A stretch of DNA of 64,000 bases from an uncultured Desulfobacter sp. (GCA_963665095.1 OY762069.1:2272001-2336000); one strand, 5' to 3'. Positions 25,843-36,452 are shown, counted from the first letter of the stretch. The notes: generated by a model not told the origin, from the letters alone. Translations and numbers: made by a program.

Positions 25843-27795
25843 TTAAGACTCCCCCTTGTCGGCCACCAGAAGATCCTGACAGACCTTGAGTACCTTTTTC
25901 ATATGTTCGGGATTTTCCAAAATTCCAATTTCAATTTCTCCGGTAACGCCTTGCCAGCGCTCCCAGATTGTCTCCGGACGCTCCTGTTTCTGACGCTGCA
26001 GGTAGGAAATCGCAGCCTGGGGATCCAGGCCTGTAAGTTCACGGATTCTTGAAATCTGGCTGGCGGACAGGTTGCCTTCCCTGGCTTTTTTCCACAGTTC
26101 AAAACCGTCTTGACCGTAATTGCCATCTGTTTTTTTAACCACCCTGGGTTTTGGATCCTCGGGGAAGAGCCGTTCTGCCACCCCGGGATGGGGCAGCACC
26201 GCGCCGAAACCGCTTTCCCTGCCGGTGCCGATGCCGGTAATCAATTTTTGTTCCAGGTTTTCAACACAGGATTTCAACTTAAAGACAGCACCGGGAACAA
26301 TCACAGGTTGTGCTCCGACAAATCCGTTGTTCACCGTTCTGTTCCACCCGAACTGAATGGATACGGTGCCGCTGCACTTGTCCACCTCTCCGAATCCGGC
26401 ATCAGCCACCATCAGGGATAAGATGTCTTCAACAGGCTTTGTGACAAACGCCAGTGGAACAAGCAGGGGGGACTGCACGATGAATGTATCTTGTTCGTAT
26501 TGTTGCATCAAAGGCAGTGCATTAAAATCTATTTTTTCAACGGAAAGCAACCCGCCGCCGCGTACGGAACGCGATTTTCCGAACTGCATGAACGGATTGG
26601 ATTCCAGACTTTTTATCAAGATTTCTGCCCCTGTTTTGGGCATTGAAACGATACCGGTAAAAATCTTAGGGGCAAGCGCTTCCACCGTAAACAGATTCCG
26701 CCTTTTTTCCGATCCGTCCCGGTCGCCGTTATGAACTCCGTGGGCCGTAATCATCCTTGCCATATCTGAAGATTTCCACAATTTTACTCCCCCCCCGTCA
26801 ACGAGCAAAACGCCGTCGCTTGCTTTTAAGGGGGAGTGACTTGGAATCTTATCCCAGTCATAGGGCCTTACGGTTTCATCCTCAAAATGGTAGTTTCCGG
26901 TCTCTTCTGATTTCAGCTTGCTGACCTTATGGGTGAAGGAAACACGAAGGGACAACGCATCTTCGCTGTTTGCAGGATTCAAAGGCCAGGCCCTGAAACT
27001 GCTGCTGTTGTAGCAGGCCGTTGCCGTCTTGTTTGAAATGTCATTGATCCGATGAAGAATCGCACCCTGTACGGCACTTGCCGAGATGGAAAACCCGGAG
27101 ACAATCATGTTGTTTTTAACAATGGGGGTCTCGGGAACACAGACAGGATCTTTTGCTTTAAAAACAAGTTTCAAAAGGATCCTGTCGTCAATGAAATTTA
27201 CGTCCGGTTCATCAATGTCCCGGATGGCAGGGAGATTTTTAAAATCAATCCTGGATAACTCCCGGATTATTTCTCCCGGTGTCCGTTCTTCATTTTCAAG
27301 GGTCACCAGGCAGGCTCCGCTTCCCCTGTTTCTTCCGCCCCCCACGGCAAAAAGAGTCAATAAACCCAGCTTCAGCAGGTCCTGGTATTCTTTTGAAAGA
27401 CCGGGCCGGGGTCTTATCGTCCCTTTAAACACCGTCCCTGCGGCCACAGCTTCACTGGTTCTCAAGGAACCTTCCAGTGCAACGCCATACGGGTTCAGCC
27501 GGGTTCGGGTTATGTCCAGAACGTCAGCCTCTAAAGGGGCCGTTGCATTATCAATATGAAAAAGGCCGGCCGCGTCATCTTCCCTGCCAAAAAGTTCGGC
27601 AATGGCTTCTCCCGGAACAATTGTTCCCGACAGCTCCTCCAGATTCTCGCGCATCACCCCTTTTATATGGGTGGACGGAAGAATCACCCGTCCCTTGACA
27701 TCTCTTGGAAGCAAAGCGTCAATCAGTTGCGTGCCAAATCCGCTGGCAGGTTCTGCGTCGGATTTCAGTTCGATGCAATAATCTATTATATCCAT
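25843..27795 (-). CDS. Cas7-Cas5(Csx10)-Cas11 fusion
   Basis: Cas7 (LPSTHIKG, LFG, GGGRNRGSG), Cas5-like (SAVQGA, FGKSRS, GIGTGRESGFG), C-terminal helical LSASQISRIR Cas11-like domain. Confidence 0.8.
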   Translation of the reverse strand: MDIIDYCIELKSDAEPASGFGTQLIDALLPRDVKGRVILPSTHIKGVMRENLEELSGTIVPGEAIAELFGREDDAAGLFHIDNATAPLEADVLDITRTRLNPYGVALEGSLRTSEAVAAGTVFKGTIRPRPGLSKEYQDLLKLGLLTLFAVGGGRNRGSGACLVTLENEERTPGEIIRELSRIDFKNLPAIRDIDEPDVNFIDDRILLKLVFKAKDPVCVPETPIVKNNMIVSGFSISASAVQGAILHRINDISNKTATACYNSSSFRAWPLNPANSEDALSLRVSFTHKVSKLKSEETGNYHFEDETVRPYDWDKIPSHSPLKASDGVLLVDGGGVKLWKSSDMARMITAHGVHNGDRDGSEKRRNLFTVEALAPKIFTGIVSMPKTGAEILIKSLESNPFMQFGKSRSVRGGGLLSVEKIDFNALPLMQQYEQDTFIVQSPLLVPLAFVTKPVEDILSLMVADAGFGEVDKCSGTVSIQFGWNRTVNNGFVGAQPVIVPGAVFKLKSCVENLEQKLITGIGTGRESGFGAVLPHPGVAERLFPEDPKPRVVKKTDGNYGQDGFELWKKAREGNLSASQISRIRELTGLDPQAAISYLQRQKQERPETIWERWQGVTGEIEIGILENPEHMKKVLKVCQDLLVADKGES

Positions 27796-29315
27796 TAAAC
27801 AGTCTCCTTTTCCATGCGGCTGTCCTCTTCAAGGAGTAGAAGGGCGTCGATCAGGCTGATGGACTGCTCCTGGCTTTCGTCATCCAGCGTCCAACCGCTT
27901 TTTTTCATGTCAAATTCATTCAGGGTGGCAAAAAGATCAGGATGGTTCTTTTTTATCCGGGCATAAAAGCCCAGCCTGTCGGCAAATCCTTTCTGCAGGG
28001 CCGGAAAAATTTTGTGGCGCAGGGATCGGGGCAGCTTAAGTTTCCGGTCATGACCGTATTGCCCGGCCATCGTTTCCACTTCAGTAAACGCTTCGAGGGT
28101 ATAAGGTCTGCGGGTCAGTTTAACCACGCGACTGATCTGTTCATCAAAGAAAACCAACTCCCGGTGCCTTTTTGCCCAGGGCGTGTCCACCACCGTATCG
28201 GTAATCTGTTCCCAGTCTATACAAGCGGGGGACGCCTCCCCTTTTTTAAACGCTTTTCGCCCCCTTCCCTTTGCACTTCCAAGGAGTGCTTCGGAATAGG
28301 GGATGGCTGTATGAAGGGGCAGGGAAACCGGTGCAAACAGGATCCCGGCGGATATGGTCAGTCTCCCGTTTGTTGCGGGCCACAGGTGGCTTTTATTTTT
28401 GCTCTCTTCTTCAAATACCCGGGCCGTTTCCTTAACAAAGGTAACGGCAAAGCTGTTGTGGCATAAAACCACGATGTCATCCCCGCCCACGACCAGGGGC
28501 CTGATGGGCAGGGTGACGGGCCCCTCTTTGATGACAGCCTCTTTGCCATGATCGGAACCTGCCCATTCCGACACCACTCTCTGGATTCCGGCTGACGCGG
28601 CTGATACGGTTATTTCGTCAAGGGCCAGGCTCATCTCTTTAATCCAGGACTGCATCTGATCCGTGGTAAGGCCTTCTTTGACCTGGGTTCGAAACTGCAT
28701 TCCCATGTCGTTGCCGTCCATGCTGATAACAGCCCAGCGATTCCGGTTTCCAAGGGCAAACGCGCCATCGTTGCCGTCCGGGTCGTCGGTGTTCACGTTG
28801 TGAAAAAAATTAAGTTCGTCGCTGGTTTTCCCGGGAATCAGAATTTTAGGCAGAAGACGATCTTCAAAACGCCTGAAAACCTTCTCATCTGCCGAATATA
28901 ATCGTTTTTTGATTACCGGGTGTACCTTTTCTCCTTTTTTTACCGGGTAAAGCCCAGTCTCCGGGCATGGATAGCCGCTGTTCATTTCCGGAACAAAAGC
29001 ATACAGCTGATCCGCGTGCTGGGCCGCCTGGCTGAAATCTTCATCCTGGCCAAATCGGATATCAAGGCCGATGGAATGGGCGCAGTGGATGATTTCAGAT
29101 TTCAGTTTCTCCAGAACGGTCTGAGATTCGCAGATAAAAGTGCCTTTACCGCCGCCGGAAAAAACGTGTTCTGCACCGTCAACACTGATATTTTTAATGG
29201 ACTCTTTATCAAAACGATCAATGAGTGCACTGCCCCCAATGATATATTTCAACTTGGGAATTTTAAAAATGTAAGACTGGATTGCTTTAACATCATAGCA
29301 AAGATAAATACCCAT
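27795..29315 (-). CDS. cas10: Compact Cas10 lacking the HD nuclease, with intact cyclase motifs
   Basis: YDVKAIQSYIF start, SGGG, MDGNDMG, PLVVGGDD, TISAGI; 506 aa. Confidence 0.93.
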   Translation of the reverse strand: MGIYLCYDVKAIQSYIFKIPKLKYIIGGSALIDRFDKESIKNISVDGAEHVFSGGGKGTFICESQTVLEKLKSEIIHCAHSIGLDIRFGQDEDFSQAAQHADQLYAFVPEMNSGYPCPETGLYPVKKGEKVHPVIKKRLYSADEKVFRRFEDRLLPKILIPGKTSDELNFFHNVNTDDPDGNDGAFALGNRNRWAVISMDGNDMGMQFRTQVKEGLTTDQMQSWIKEMSLALDEITVSAASAGIQRVVSEWAGSDHGKEAVIKEGPVTLPIRPLVVGGDDIVVLCHNSFAVTFVKETARVFEEESKNKSHLWPATNGRLTISAGILFAPVSLPLHTAIPYSEALLGSAKGRGRKAFKKGEASPACIDWEQITDTVVDTPWAKRHRELVFFDEQISRVVKLTRRPYTLEAFTEVETMAGQYGHDRKLKLPRSLRHKIFPALQKGFADRLGFYARIKKNHPDLFATLNEFDMKKSGWTLDDESQEQSISLIDALLLLEEDSRMEKETV

Positions 29316-30691
29316 TAGTCCTCCTTTGAAAACAGCTGCTGTTGGGCCATCAGGCTGATAATTTCCTTTAATTCATTTAAAAACTGATTGCCTTTTCTTT
29401 CGATTTCAGGGCTGGCATTCGTTGCAGATGTCCAGGCATGGTCAAATCCGTTTCGTATCTTGATCAGGCCATCTTCATTATCTTTGCCAGCCATCATATT
29501 TCTGAGTCGAGACTCGATATCTACCTCTTTCAGCGTCAGGAACCACGGATACAGGATATCTTTATCTTTTTTTGCCTGGTCCTCAAATTCCCATCCCTTT
29601 TTGTTACCAATTGGCAGTTCCGGAATGGTCACCATGCAGATGAAAATATCGGCAAATCTTCGGTATCGTCGTCCTGCATTTTTATACATCTGCTTATTTT
29701 TATATTTCCCGGTCAGCCTGACCATGCCGATGGAACCCACCATCTCCCGCATGGCTGTGAACGCCTGCATGAAAAGCCGATGCTCCATGAGCACCTCGAT
29801 GATTTTAATCTGGGTCTCAAAATAGGGCTGGTCATACCGGCCGCTGGGGGGATAGTCCGTGGCAAGGGAACAGAATTTTTCCCAGACCAGATCCAGCATG
29901 AGACGGGCGGAACCACCGGCACTGACGCGGATTTTCTCCACGTATGCCAGGGCATCATTCACTTTTTGAGAGATATTGTTCACATCCACGTTGCGGATGC
30001 AGTCTGTCATCTCCTGAAAAGCGGCCACCAGAGTGTCATCAGCCAAAGGCGCCAGGGCGTCAACTTGAGACTGCCTGGCCATGGCCCCCAGTTTTCTGGC
30101 ATCGGCATCCTCGGTCAGGCGGGAGACAGACTCTGCCCAGTCATTGATCACGTAGAAGTCTTTCATATCCACTATGGGGTGGGGCTCTCCCTCTTTGCGG
30201 GCAGGGTCATACCAGGCGTACAGGGCATGATCCAGGGTGATATGCCTGGCTCGCATGAGAAACCCGATGGCCGAAGAGAAGATAATGGGAATCGCCCGCA
30301 TCCCGTGGGTGAAATCCATGACCAGCCTGTCTCCCACACCGACATTGCCCAGAAGAGACTCGAACCACCCCCACTGATTGCCGGCTGTCATATCCGTGGG
30401 CACTTTGTCCGGAATAATGATCCTGGGCTTGTATTCAAGGTGGGTTTCCAGTTCGGCCATGAACGGATCAAAATGCTTATCAAAGGATTCCTCCGTGCAG
30501 AAAAGTACAACCCGGTCCACGGCGCCATCCAGGTCCCGGCATGTTTCCAGGGCTTTAAGAACAGCGGTCTGGGCAAACCGGCAGGTGACAGGCCCGGACA
30601 TTTTTTCCGGCCAGACATATGCAGCCATGTCATACCCCAAAGGCTTTCTGAACGCACCGATCCCAAGAAAACTGATAAAAACCTGTGCCAT
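29315..30691 (-). CDS. csx1: Csx1-family CARF-HEPN ribonuclease, copy 2
   Basis: ISFLG, DFTHGMR, RNGFDH; clear paralogue of 12811-14079. Confidence 0.9.
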   Translation of the reverse strand: MAQVFISFLGIGAFRKPLGYDMAAYVWPEKMSGPVTCRFAQTAVLKALETCRDLDGAVDRVVLFCTEESFDKHFDPFMAELETHLEYKPRIIIPDKVPTDMTAGNQWGWFESLLGNVGVGDRLVMDFTHGMRAIPIIFSSAIGFLMRARHITLDHALYAWYDPARKEGEPHPIVDMKDFYVINDWAESVSRLTEDADARKLGAMARQSQVDALAPLADDTLVAAFQEMTDCIRNVDVNNISQKVNDALAYVEKIRVSAGGSARLMLDLVWEKFCSLATDYPPSGRYDQPYFETQIKIIEVLMEHRLFMQAFTAMREMVGSIGMVRLTGKYKNKQMYKNAGRRYRRFADIFICMVTIPELPIGNKKGWEFEDQAKKDKDILYPWFLTLKEVDIESRLRNMMAGKDNEDGLIKIRNGFDHAWTSATNASPEIERKGNQFLNELKEIISLMAQQQLFSKED

Positions 30692-30746
30692 ATATTTCTC
30701 CTCAACTATTTAATTGAAACTGTCATATTAACTTCAGGTGCAGCAG

Positions 30747-31160
30747 TCATACCCCATAGCGTCGGAACATCCGGTGGCTGAAAAAGTGGACATTCTTCAC
30801 CGTGCCGTCCGGCTGAATTTCTTCTTGTGCATCTCTAACCGTAACGGAATAAACCGCAATTAAATTCAACGTTAATGCAAAATTAACCATCAGCCAGGTT
30901 GCACCGAAATCCCCTTGAACCAGGACAAGATCATTTGCCTCGGATTCCGTTTCAAGCCATATATGTAGGGGCGTCAGGGTGCTGGAGATCTCTTTTCTAT
31001 CTGCCGGGATCTGCGCCCAGATTTTTTTTAAATCCGGGGGCAATGAAATAAAACGGTCAACTTTCCATAACTCCTGAGCCTCTTTTTCCTGAGTATGAGT
31101 AAGAGAATGATTAAACAGGAGAAACATTCTTCTATACCCCTTTTCATTTTGACCTGCCAT
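30747..31160 (-). CDS. csx20: Csx20-family protein (putative ring nuclease)
   Basis: LFNHSLT..Q, WAQIP, VLVQGDFGAT, VYSVTVR, F.H..FRRY pattern. Confidence 0.82.
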   Translation of the reverse strand: MAGQNEKGYRRMFLLFNHSLTHTQEKEAQELWKVDRFISLPPDLKKIWAQIPADRKEISSTLTPLHIWLETESEANDLVLVQGDFGATWLMVNFALTLNLIAVYSVTVRDAQEEIQPDGTVKNVHFFSHRMFRRYGV

Positions 31161-32098
31161 TATGCTGCTGCCTCCACCTCAATCTTCCCAAGCCCGAATG
31201 CCGTATTTTTCCCGGCATGGACAACCCGTGCCATATCCAGAAAAGGTATGAACGGCGTAAGGTCGCCCTGGTATGTGACCTGTCCCACAAGGCCGCCCAT
31301 GAACATTTTTTTGTCCTGGCGAGACGAGTAGCGCTGCCAGTCAAACCAGGCCAGACGGTTGTCTGTGATCCTGATATCAGCTGCTTTTTTGACCAGGGCC
31401 GGATAGTCAAGGGACGGCTCTCCAGTGCCATAGGTGTTGAACAGAGCCGTACACCGCCGGACCAGAGAGCGGATCAGCAGATCAAAGGGCAGATCTGGTC
31501 GGGCACCCGGCTTTATCCCCACCCGGAACGGGGTTTTTATTTTCAGGGTGATCCAGTGTACCTCTGCATCCCTGGTCTGCGGGATCAGGCTGAACTCGGG
31601 CAGATGATCCGGCAGGGTGATGCAGCGATCCTGCCGGGCGTAAACCATGCTGTCGTCATGGGTGACCGATTCCAGGGTGAATCCGGCCCGTTTGCCCCGT
31701 ATGTTTTTACCCAGGCCGATCTGCCCCATCTGGTCAAAGGCATAAATGAAATAGGGCAGCTGCCTGTTCAAAGCGCCAAACAGGACAAGGGTGCATTCAA
31801 GGATTTCACCGGCTGTAAAACGGGTCTTTTCCGTCAGCGGCGGCTCCAGGATCACAGGATGGGGGGGATCGGAGATCCGGGCGTTTTCCGGGGCCGGCAG
31901 GGCATGGGCTGTTTCAAACACCAGGGCATAGGTGCAGGTTTTGTTCAGGATGCAATTGGTGCAGGTCTGTTTTTTCAGGGCACATACCGTCCTTTTCAGG
32001 CCGTGCCCGAAAAGCCCCCGGAAGGTGGAGCCTTTAAAACAGGGCAGAACAGCCTCACGGTTGAGTTTGAGGCTAAGTGTGTATTTTCCATATTCCAT
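31160..32098 (-). CDS. cas6: crRNA-processing endoribonuclease Cas6
   Basis: FKGSTFRGLFG, C-x5-CxxC-x5-C cluster, RYSSRQ, HAGKNTAFGLG G-rich loop. Confidence 0.95.
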   Translation of the reverse strand: MEYGKYTLSLKLNREAVLPCFKGSTFRGLFGHGLKRTVCALKKQTCTNCILNKTCTYALVFETAHALPAPENARISDPPHPVILEPPLTEKTRFTAGEILECTLVLFGALNRQLPYFIYAFDQMGQIGLGKNIRGKRAGFTLESVTHDDSMVYARQDRCITLPDHLPEFSLIPQTRDAEVHWITLKIKTPFRVGIKPGARPDLPFDLLIRSLVRRCTALFNTYGTGEPSLDYPALVKKAADIRITDNRLAWFDWQRYSSRQDKKMFMGGLVGQVTYQGDLTPFIPFLDMARVVHAGKNTAFGLGKIEVEAAA

Positions 32099-32439
32099 GG
32101 GATCATGTTTCCAGATTTTAAGTAAGTATTCTGTCTGTTACCCTGTTACGGAGTCCCAGGGATATTTTTCAATTTTTTTTTCTGAGTTGCCGGAAAGGGG
32201 GGTCAGAAATTTTAAGAATCATGATTTAATGCCGCCTTGCTAGAAAGTTGTAAAAATGCAGCATGAACAGTTATTCATTTCACAGGGACCTGAGGGATGT
32301 CAAGTGTTCTTCGTTGGGTGGTCCTTATTTTTTTAGCTCATTGCATCTATCCGGACAAGGGGACAGCTTTTTTTTCACTGCCAGGCATGATGTGGCTGGC
32401 TGGAACATCTGGAATGAATTGGGAATAAATCTTTACAGA

Positions 32440-35382
32440 TTATTTCCAGTCAACAGGGATACGCACCTGGTGACCGGCCTTGTTTTTAAAAATCAGAAAC
32501 TGGTTGTCCCGTCCGAACCGGTAAAGGTCCCGGGTTACCCGGACATCCTGGATACAGTACTCCACAATGAGATCCAGCCGGCCCTGCTGCCACCACTCCA
32601 GCGCCAGAAGGCCGTCTGCGCTTTTCTTTGTACCCAGGGTCTGGCCGGCCAGATGATCTAAAGAGAGGCGGTACCCCAGGCGGTCATACACTTTGGTCAG
32701 AATATCCAGGGTGGGAAGGCCCAGGAAATTGAACCGGCTTAATCCGGATAACACCTTATAATCAAATCGCGTTATATTGAATCCGACCACCAGATCCATC
32801 TGTTTGAGGCGCTGGATCATCGCCTCTATGTCATCCTGGTAATAGACCAGGAAGTCATCCTCTTTGGAGTCGTACAGCACGGCACAGGAGACCCCCATAC
32901 GGTCAGCCCTGTGCCAGCCGCCCACCTGTTTTGCCGATCTGCGGGTTTCAATATCCAGCACCCCGTAGCGTTGCGGTGCAGCCGGCTCAGCACGCTTATC
33001 ATCGGAAGGGTCTTCCAGGGATCCCGGGGAAAACAGGGTATCTGCCGTATCAATCACCTTAATGGGCCGGGGAGCCGGCCCGGAATCTGTGTTCAGAATC
33101 ATTTCAAGAATGTCCTTTGCTGCCCCTTTGTCAATGGGCCGGTTGCCGGATCCGCATTTGGGCGAATGGACACAGGCCGGGCACCCGGTGTCGCAGGGGC
33201 AGTCACGGATGGCTTCATAGGTTCTTTCCAGAAGGGTGCCGGCATTGTCAAAGGCCTGCCGGGTCAGCCCGAGTCCCCCTGGGGCCCCGTCATAAATAAA
33301 GACAACCGGCTTTTCAACCTGGGGATGGTAGGGGATGGAGATCCCCCCAAGATCGTTGCGGTCTGTCATGACCAGAAGCGGCATCATGCCGATGGCCGCA
33401 TGTTCCAGGGCGTGGATGCCGCCCATGAAATGCCCCATGTCTGTTTCAATCTGCTGCCTGACCCGGTCCGGAATCTCGATCCAGAGCCCCTGGGTTTCAT
33501 AGGTGAGCTCGGGCAGATCCAGCGGAACAATGCCCAGGGACCGGCTGCCGGACACCTGCTTCATCTCATATCCCGTGACCTGCTCCCTGATTTTGAGCCG
33601 TCCAAAGCCCACCCGGGTGCCTTTGACATTGGCAACCTTTTTTGTTTCTATAATCTCTGTATTTTTTGACGAGCGGGCCCGGGTGTAATAGCTTACCTTT
33701 TCAGGCCTGGCCCTGACGATGCCTTTCAGGTGGTCAAACAGTGTCACCACGTAAGTCTGGCCCCGGTGGAGATAGACCGCCCCTTCATGGGTTTCAAAAT
33801 AGGACCGGTGCCAGTCGATCTGCCCTAAACTCTCCCGGCTCTCCTCTTTAAAAATGGGAATGGTGTGGCCGGTGCCCCGCAGGCTCACCTCCCGGTGGGG
33901 GGATTTCCGGGCGGAAAACCAGATGTTTCCATCCCGGCTTAAAAGCAGCCTGCCCTGTCCGGCCAGGCTTCTGACACGTTCCTGTACAACGGGGTCCTGC
34001 AAAATTGGGTCTTTCACATCAATGCTCAGCTCTGCTGCCGCGCAGTCCAGGTGGCGGTCCAGGATCTGGGGATTTTCAGGATTGATCCGGGCGGTCTCCG
34101 GAGGCATGGTATAAAACACCTCCGGGTGGTTGATGAAGTACTGGTCCAGGGCATCTTCATGGGCAATGAGCACCATGGCCGAATCCTTGCCGTCCCGCCC
34201 CACCCGGCCGGCCCGCTGCCAGGTGGACATCATGGTGCCGGGATAGCCCACCAGAACACATAAATCCAGGTTGCCGATATCAATCCCCAGCTCCAGGGCT
34301 GAGGTGGAGACCACACAAAGCAGTTCCCCGTCCGCCAGTTTTTTTTCAATCTCCCGCCGCTCCTCGGGCAGGAAACCGGCCCGGTAGGCGCAGATTTTAT
34401 CGGCCATGGATTTGGCCCGCTGCCCGGCCCAGACGGCAATCAGCTCCGTGATTTTTCTGGACTGGGTGTACACAATGGTGCGCAGCTTTCTGTAGACCGC
34501 GGCATGAATCAGCGTGATGGCGGTCTGGGCTGCGCCTTCAAGCCCGCGCATCATTAAAATCTCTTTTTTCCCGCAGGGCGCCCCCTGTTCATCCACCACC
34601 GTGACCGGAAGGCCGGTCAGATCCGAGGCCAGCTCCCCGGGATTGGCAATGGTGGCAGAACAGAAAATAAAACAGGGGTCAGACCCGTAGAACCGGCAAA
34701 TCCGCAGAAGCCTGCGGAATACCCAGGCCATGTTGGACCCCATCACACCCCGGTAGGTATGCACCTCATCCACCACAATGTATTTTAACCCGCTGAAAAA
34801 GGACTCCCACAAGTGGTGGTGGGCCAGCATGGCCAGATGGAGCATCTCAGGATTGGACAAAAGGATATTGGGCGGATGGTTGCGGATTTTGCTTTTTTGA
34901 TAGGCTGTGATGTCGCCGTCGTAGACACCGGCGGTTAAGGGAGACCTCTTGTTCAAAGGGCTGCCTGCTGCGGCCGGGTCCAGCTTTGCCAGCATTTTCT
35001 GCACCGTGTCCAGCTGGTCCCTGGCCAGGGCCTTGAGTGGAAAAAGATATATGGCATGGGCCGTTGGATCGGTGATCAGGGTGTCCATCACCGGCAGATT
35101 GTAGATAAGGCTTTTTCCCGATGCCGTGGGGGTGGCAGCCACGGTGTGGCGGCCGTCAAGGATCAGATTGATGGCCCGGGCCTGGTGGGTGTAAAGCCTG
35201 TCAATACCAAGGGCGGCAAGCAGCGAGGTCAGATCATTTTTAAACCTGGGATAGTGGCCTTTGCCGGCGTACAGAGGCGGAGCCGGATCAATGGTTTTAT
35301 GGCTGACAATGTCACCTGTAAATCCCTTAAAGGATTTTAAGCCGGCAATATACGCTTCCAAAGACTCTTTAGCAGGTGACAA
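32440..35382 (-). CDS. DUF1998 (MrfA/YprA-like) SF2 helicase fused to a C-terminal RNase H-like exonuclease
   Basis: TPTASGKS, DEVH, QRAGRVGR, CPCDTGCPAC; C-terminal DIET...GFNITRFD...YCIQDV. Confidence 0.9.
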   Translation of the reverse strand: MSPAKESLEAYIAGLKSFKGFTGDIVSHKTIDPAPPLYAGKGHYPRFKNDLTSLLAALGIDRLYTHQARAINLILDGRHTVAATPTASGKSLIYNLPVMDTLITDPTAHAIYLFPLKALARDQLDTVQKMLAKLDPAAAGSPLNKRSPLTAGVYDGDITAYQKSKIRNHPPNILLSNPEMLHLAMLAHHHLWESFFSGLKYIVVDEVHTYRGVMGSNMAWVFRRLLRICRFYGSDPCFIFCSATIANPGELASDLTGLPVTVVDEQGAPCGKKEILMMRGLEGAAQTAITLIHAAVYRKLRTIVYTQSRKITELIAVWAGQRAKSMADKICAYRAGFLPEERREIEKKLADGELLCVVSTSALELGIDIGNLDLCVLVGYPGTMMSTWQRAGRVGRDGKDSAMVLIAHEDALDQYFINHPEVFYTMPPETARINPENPQILDRHLDCAAAELSIDVKDPILQDPVVQERVRSLAGQGRLLLSRDGNIWFSARKSPHREVSLRGTGHTIPIFKEESRESLGQIDWHRSYFETHEGAVYLHRGQTYVVTLFDHLKGIVRARPEKVSYYTRARSSKNTEIIETKKVANVKGTRVGFGRLKIREQVTGYEMKQVSGSRSLGIVPLDLPELTYETQGLWIEIPDRVRQQIETDMGHFMGGIHALEHAAIGMMPLLVMTDRNDLGGISIPYHPQVEKPVVFIYDGAPGGLGLTRQAFDNAGTLLERTYEAIRDCPCDTGCPACVHSPKCGSGNRPIDKGAAKDILEMILNTDSGPAPRPIKVIDTADTLFSPGSLEDPSDDKRAEPAAPQRYGVLDIETRRSAKQVGGWHRADRMGVSCAVLYDSKEDDFLVYYQDDIEAMIQRLKQMDLVVGFNITRFDYKVLSGLSRFNFLGLPTLDILTKVYDRLGYRLSLDHLAGQTLGTKKSADGLLALEWWQQGRLDLIVEYCIQDVRVTRDLYRFGRDNQFLIFKNKAGHQVRIPVDWK

Positions 35383-35421
35383 AGTTCAACGCCTTTTACA
35401 TGTTTCAACGCCCTTGCGGAT

Positions 35422-36318
35422 CTATAAAATGCTTTTTCCCAGGGCAGACAGGATCAGTTCCACCGCCAGTTTCGAGGTTTTATTGGCCACATCCAGAATG
35501 GGATTGATCTCCACTAAATCCATGGAGCCAAGCTTGCCTGAATCTGCCAGGATTTCCATCAAAAGATGGGCCTCGCGGTAGGAGATGCCGCCGGGCACAG
35601 GGGTTCCCACGCCTGGCGCCTCCACCGGATCCAGGGCGTCCATGTCCAGACTCAGATGAAACCGTTTTAAATGGGCAAACTTCATCATGATCTTGGAGGC
35701 AATGGTGCTGATGCCCTGTTCATCAATGTCGCGCATGGTGAAAATGGTGATGCCCGTGGCCCTGATCCGCTGTTTTTCTCCGGGATCCAGATCCCGCTGG
35801 CCGATCATCACCACATTGTCCGGATCAACTTTTCTGCCCGGGTGCCCGGCATTGACCAGGGCCTCATATCCGTCTCCGGTGAGAACGGCCAAAGGCATGC
35901 CATGGATGTTTCCGGAAGGGGATGTTTCAGGGGTATTGAAATCGGCATGGGCATCCACCCAGACAAGCCCCACCGGTTCATCTGCGGCCACCGATGCCAC
36001 CGTGCCAATGGCAATGGCATGGTCTCCACCGAGAAACACCGGGATCCCGTTATTCTTCATGACCCTGGCACCGGCCTCATAGATATCCCGGCTGATCTGG
36101 GTGATCTCTTTGACATACCGGCCCTTTACCCCGTCCAAGGCCGGATCGTCATTCCGGAAAGGGATGGCAATGTCCCCGGCATCGGTCACATGATAGCCCA
36201 AGGCCCGAAGACGCGGGATCAGGCCTGTGTACCGCAGGGCTGCCGGCCCCATGTCCACCCCCCGAAGCATCTGCCCGAAATCCATGGGAACACCGATTAT
36301 GGTGACGTTTTTTTTCAT
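35422..36318 (-). CDS. rocF: Arginase
   Basis: GGDH, DAHADFN, SGNIHGMP, SLDMDALDP, GTPVPGG, VEINP. Confidence 0.95.
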   Translation of the reverse strand: MKKNVTIIGVPMDFGQMLRGVDMGPAALRYTGLIPRLRALGYHVTDAGDIAIPFRNDDPALDGVKGRYVKEITQISRDIYEAGARVMKNNGIPVFLGGDHAIAIGTVASVAADEPVGLVWVDAHADFNTPETSPSGNIHGMPLAVLTGDGYEALVNAGHPGRKVDPDNVVMIGQRDLDPGEKQRIRATGITIFTMRDIDEQGISTIASKIMMKFAHLKRFHLSLDMDALDPVEAPGVGTPVPGGISYREAHLLMEILADSGKLGSMDLVEINPILDVANKTSKLAVELILSALGKSIL

Positions 36319-36452
36319 GCGTATTTCCTTTGATATCAGTCCCGGTATAAGGCCCTGGTTGACAGGTCATATATCATAGAGTAAGAAACCTATTCAATAC
36401 ATATAAACTATAGCGTATTCACCACAACAAAAGCCAGGCACCAGGAGAATTC

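Noticed and set aside
22232..27795. Type III-E (Cas7-11/Craspase) assignment
   Set aside because: The effector is split over several genes, Cas10 and a Cas5 domain are present, and the protease is Lon-type rather than CHAT
29438..30781. 447-aa plus-strand ORF
   Set aside because: Antisense shadow of csx1 with no motifs
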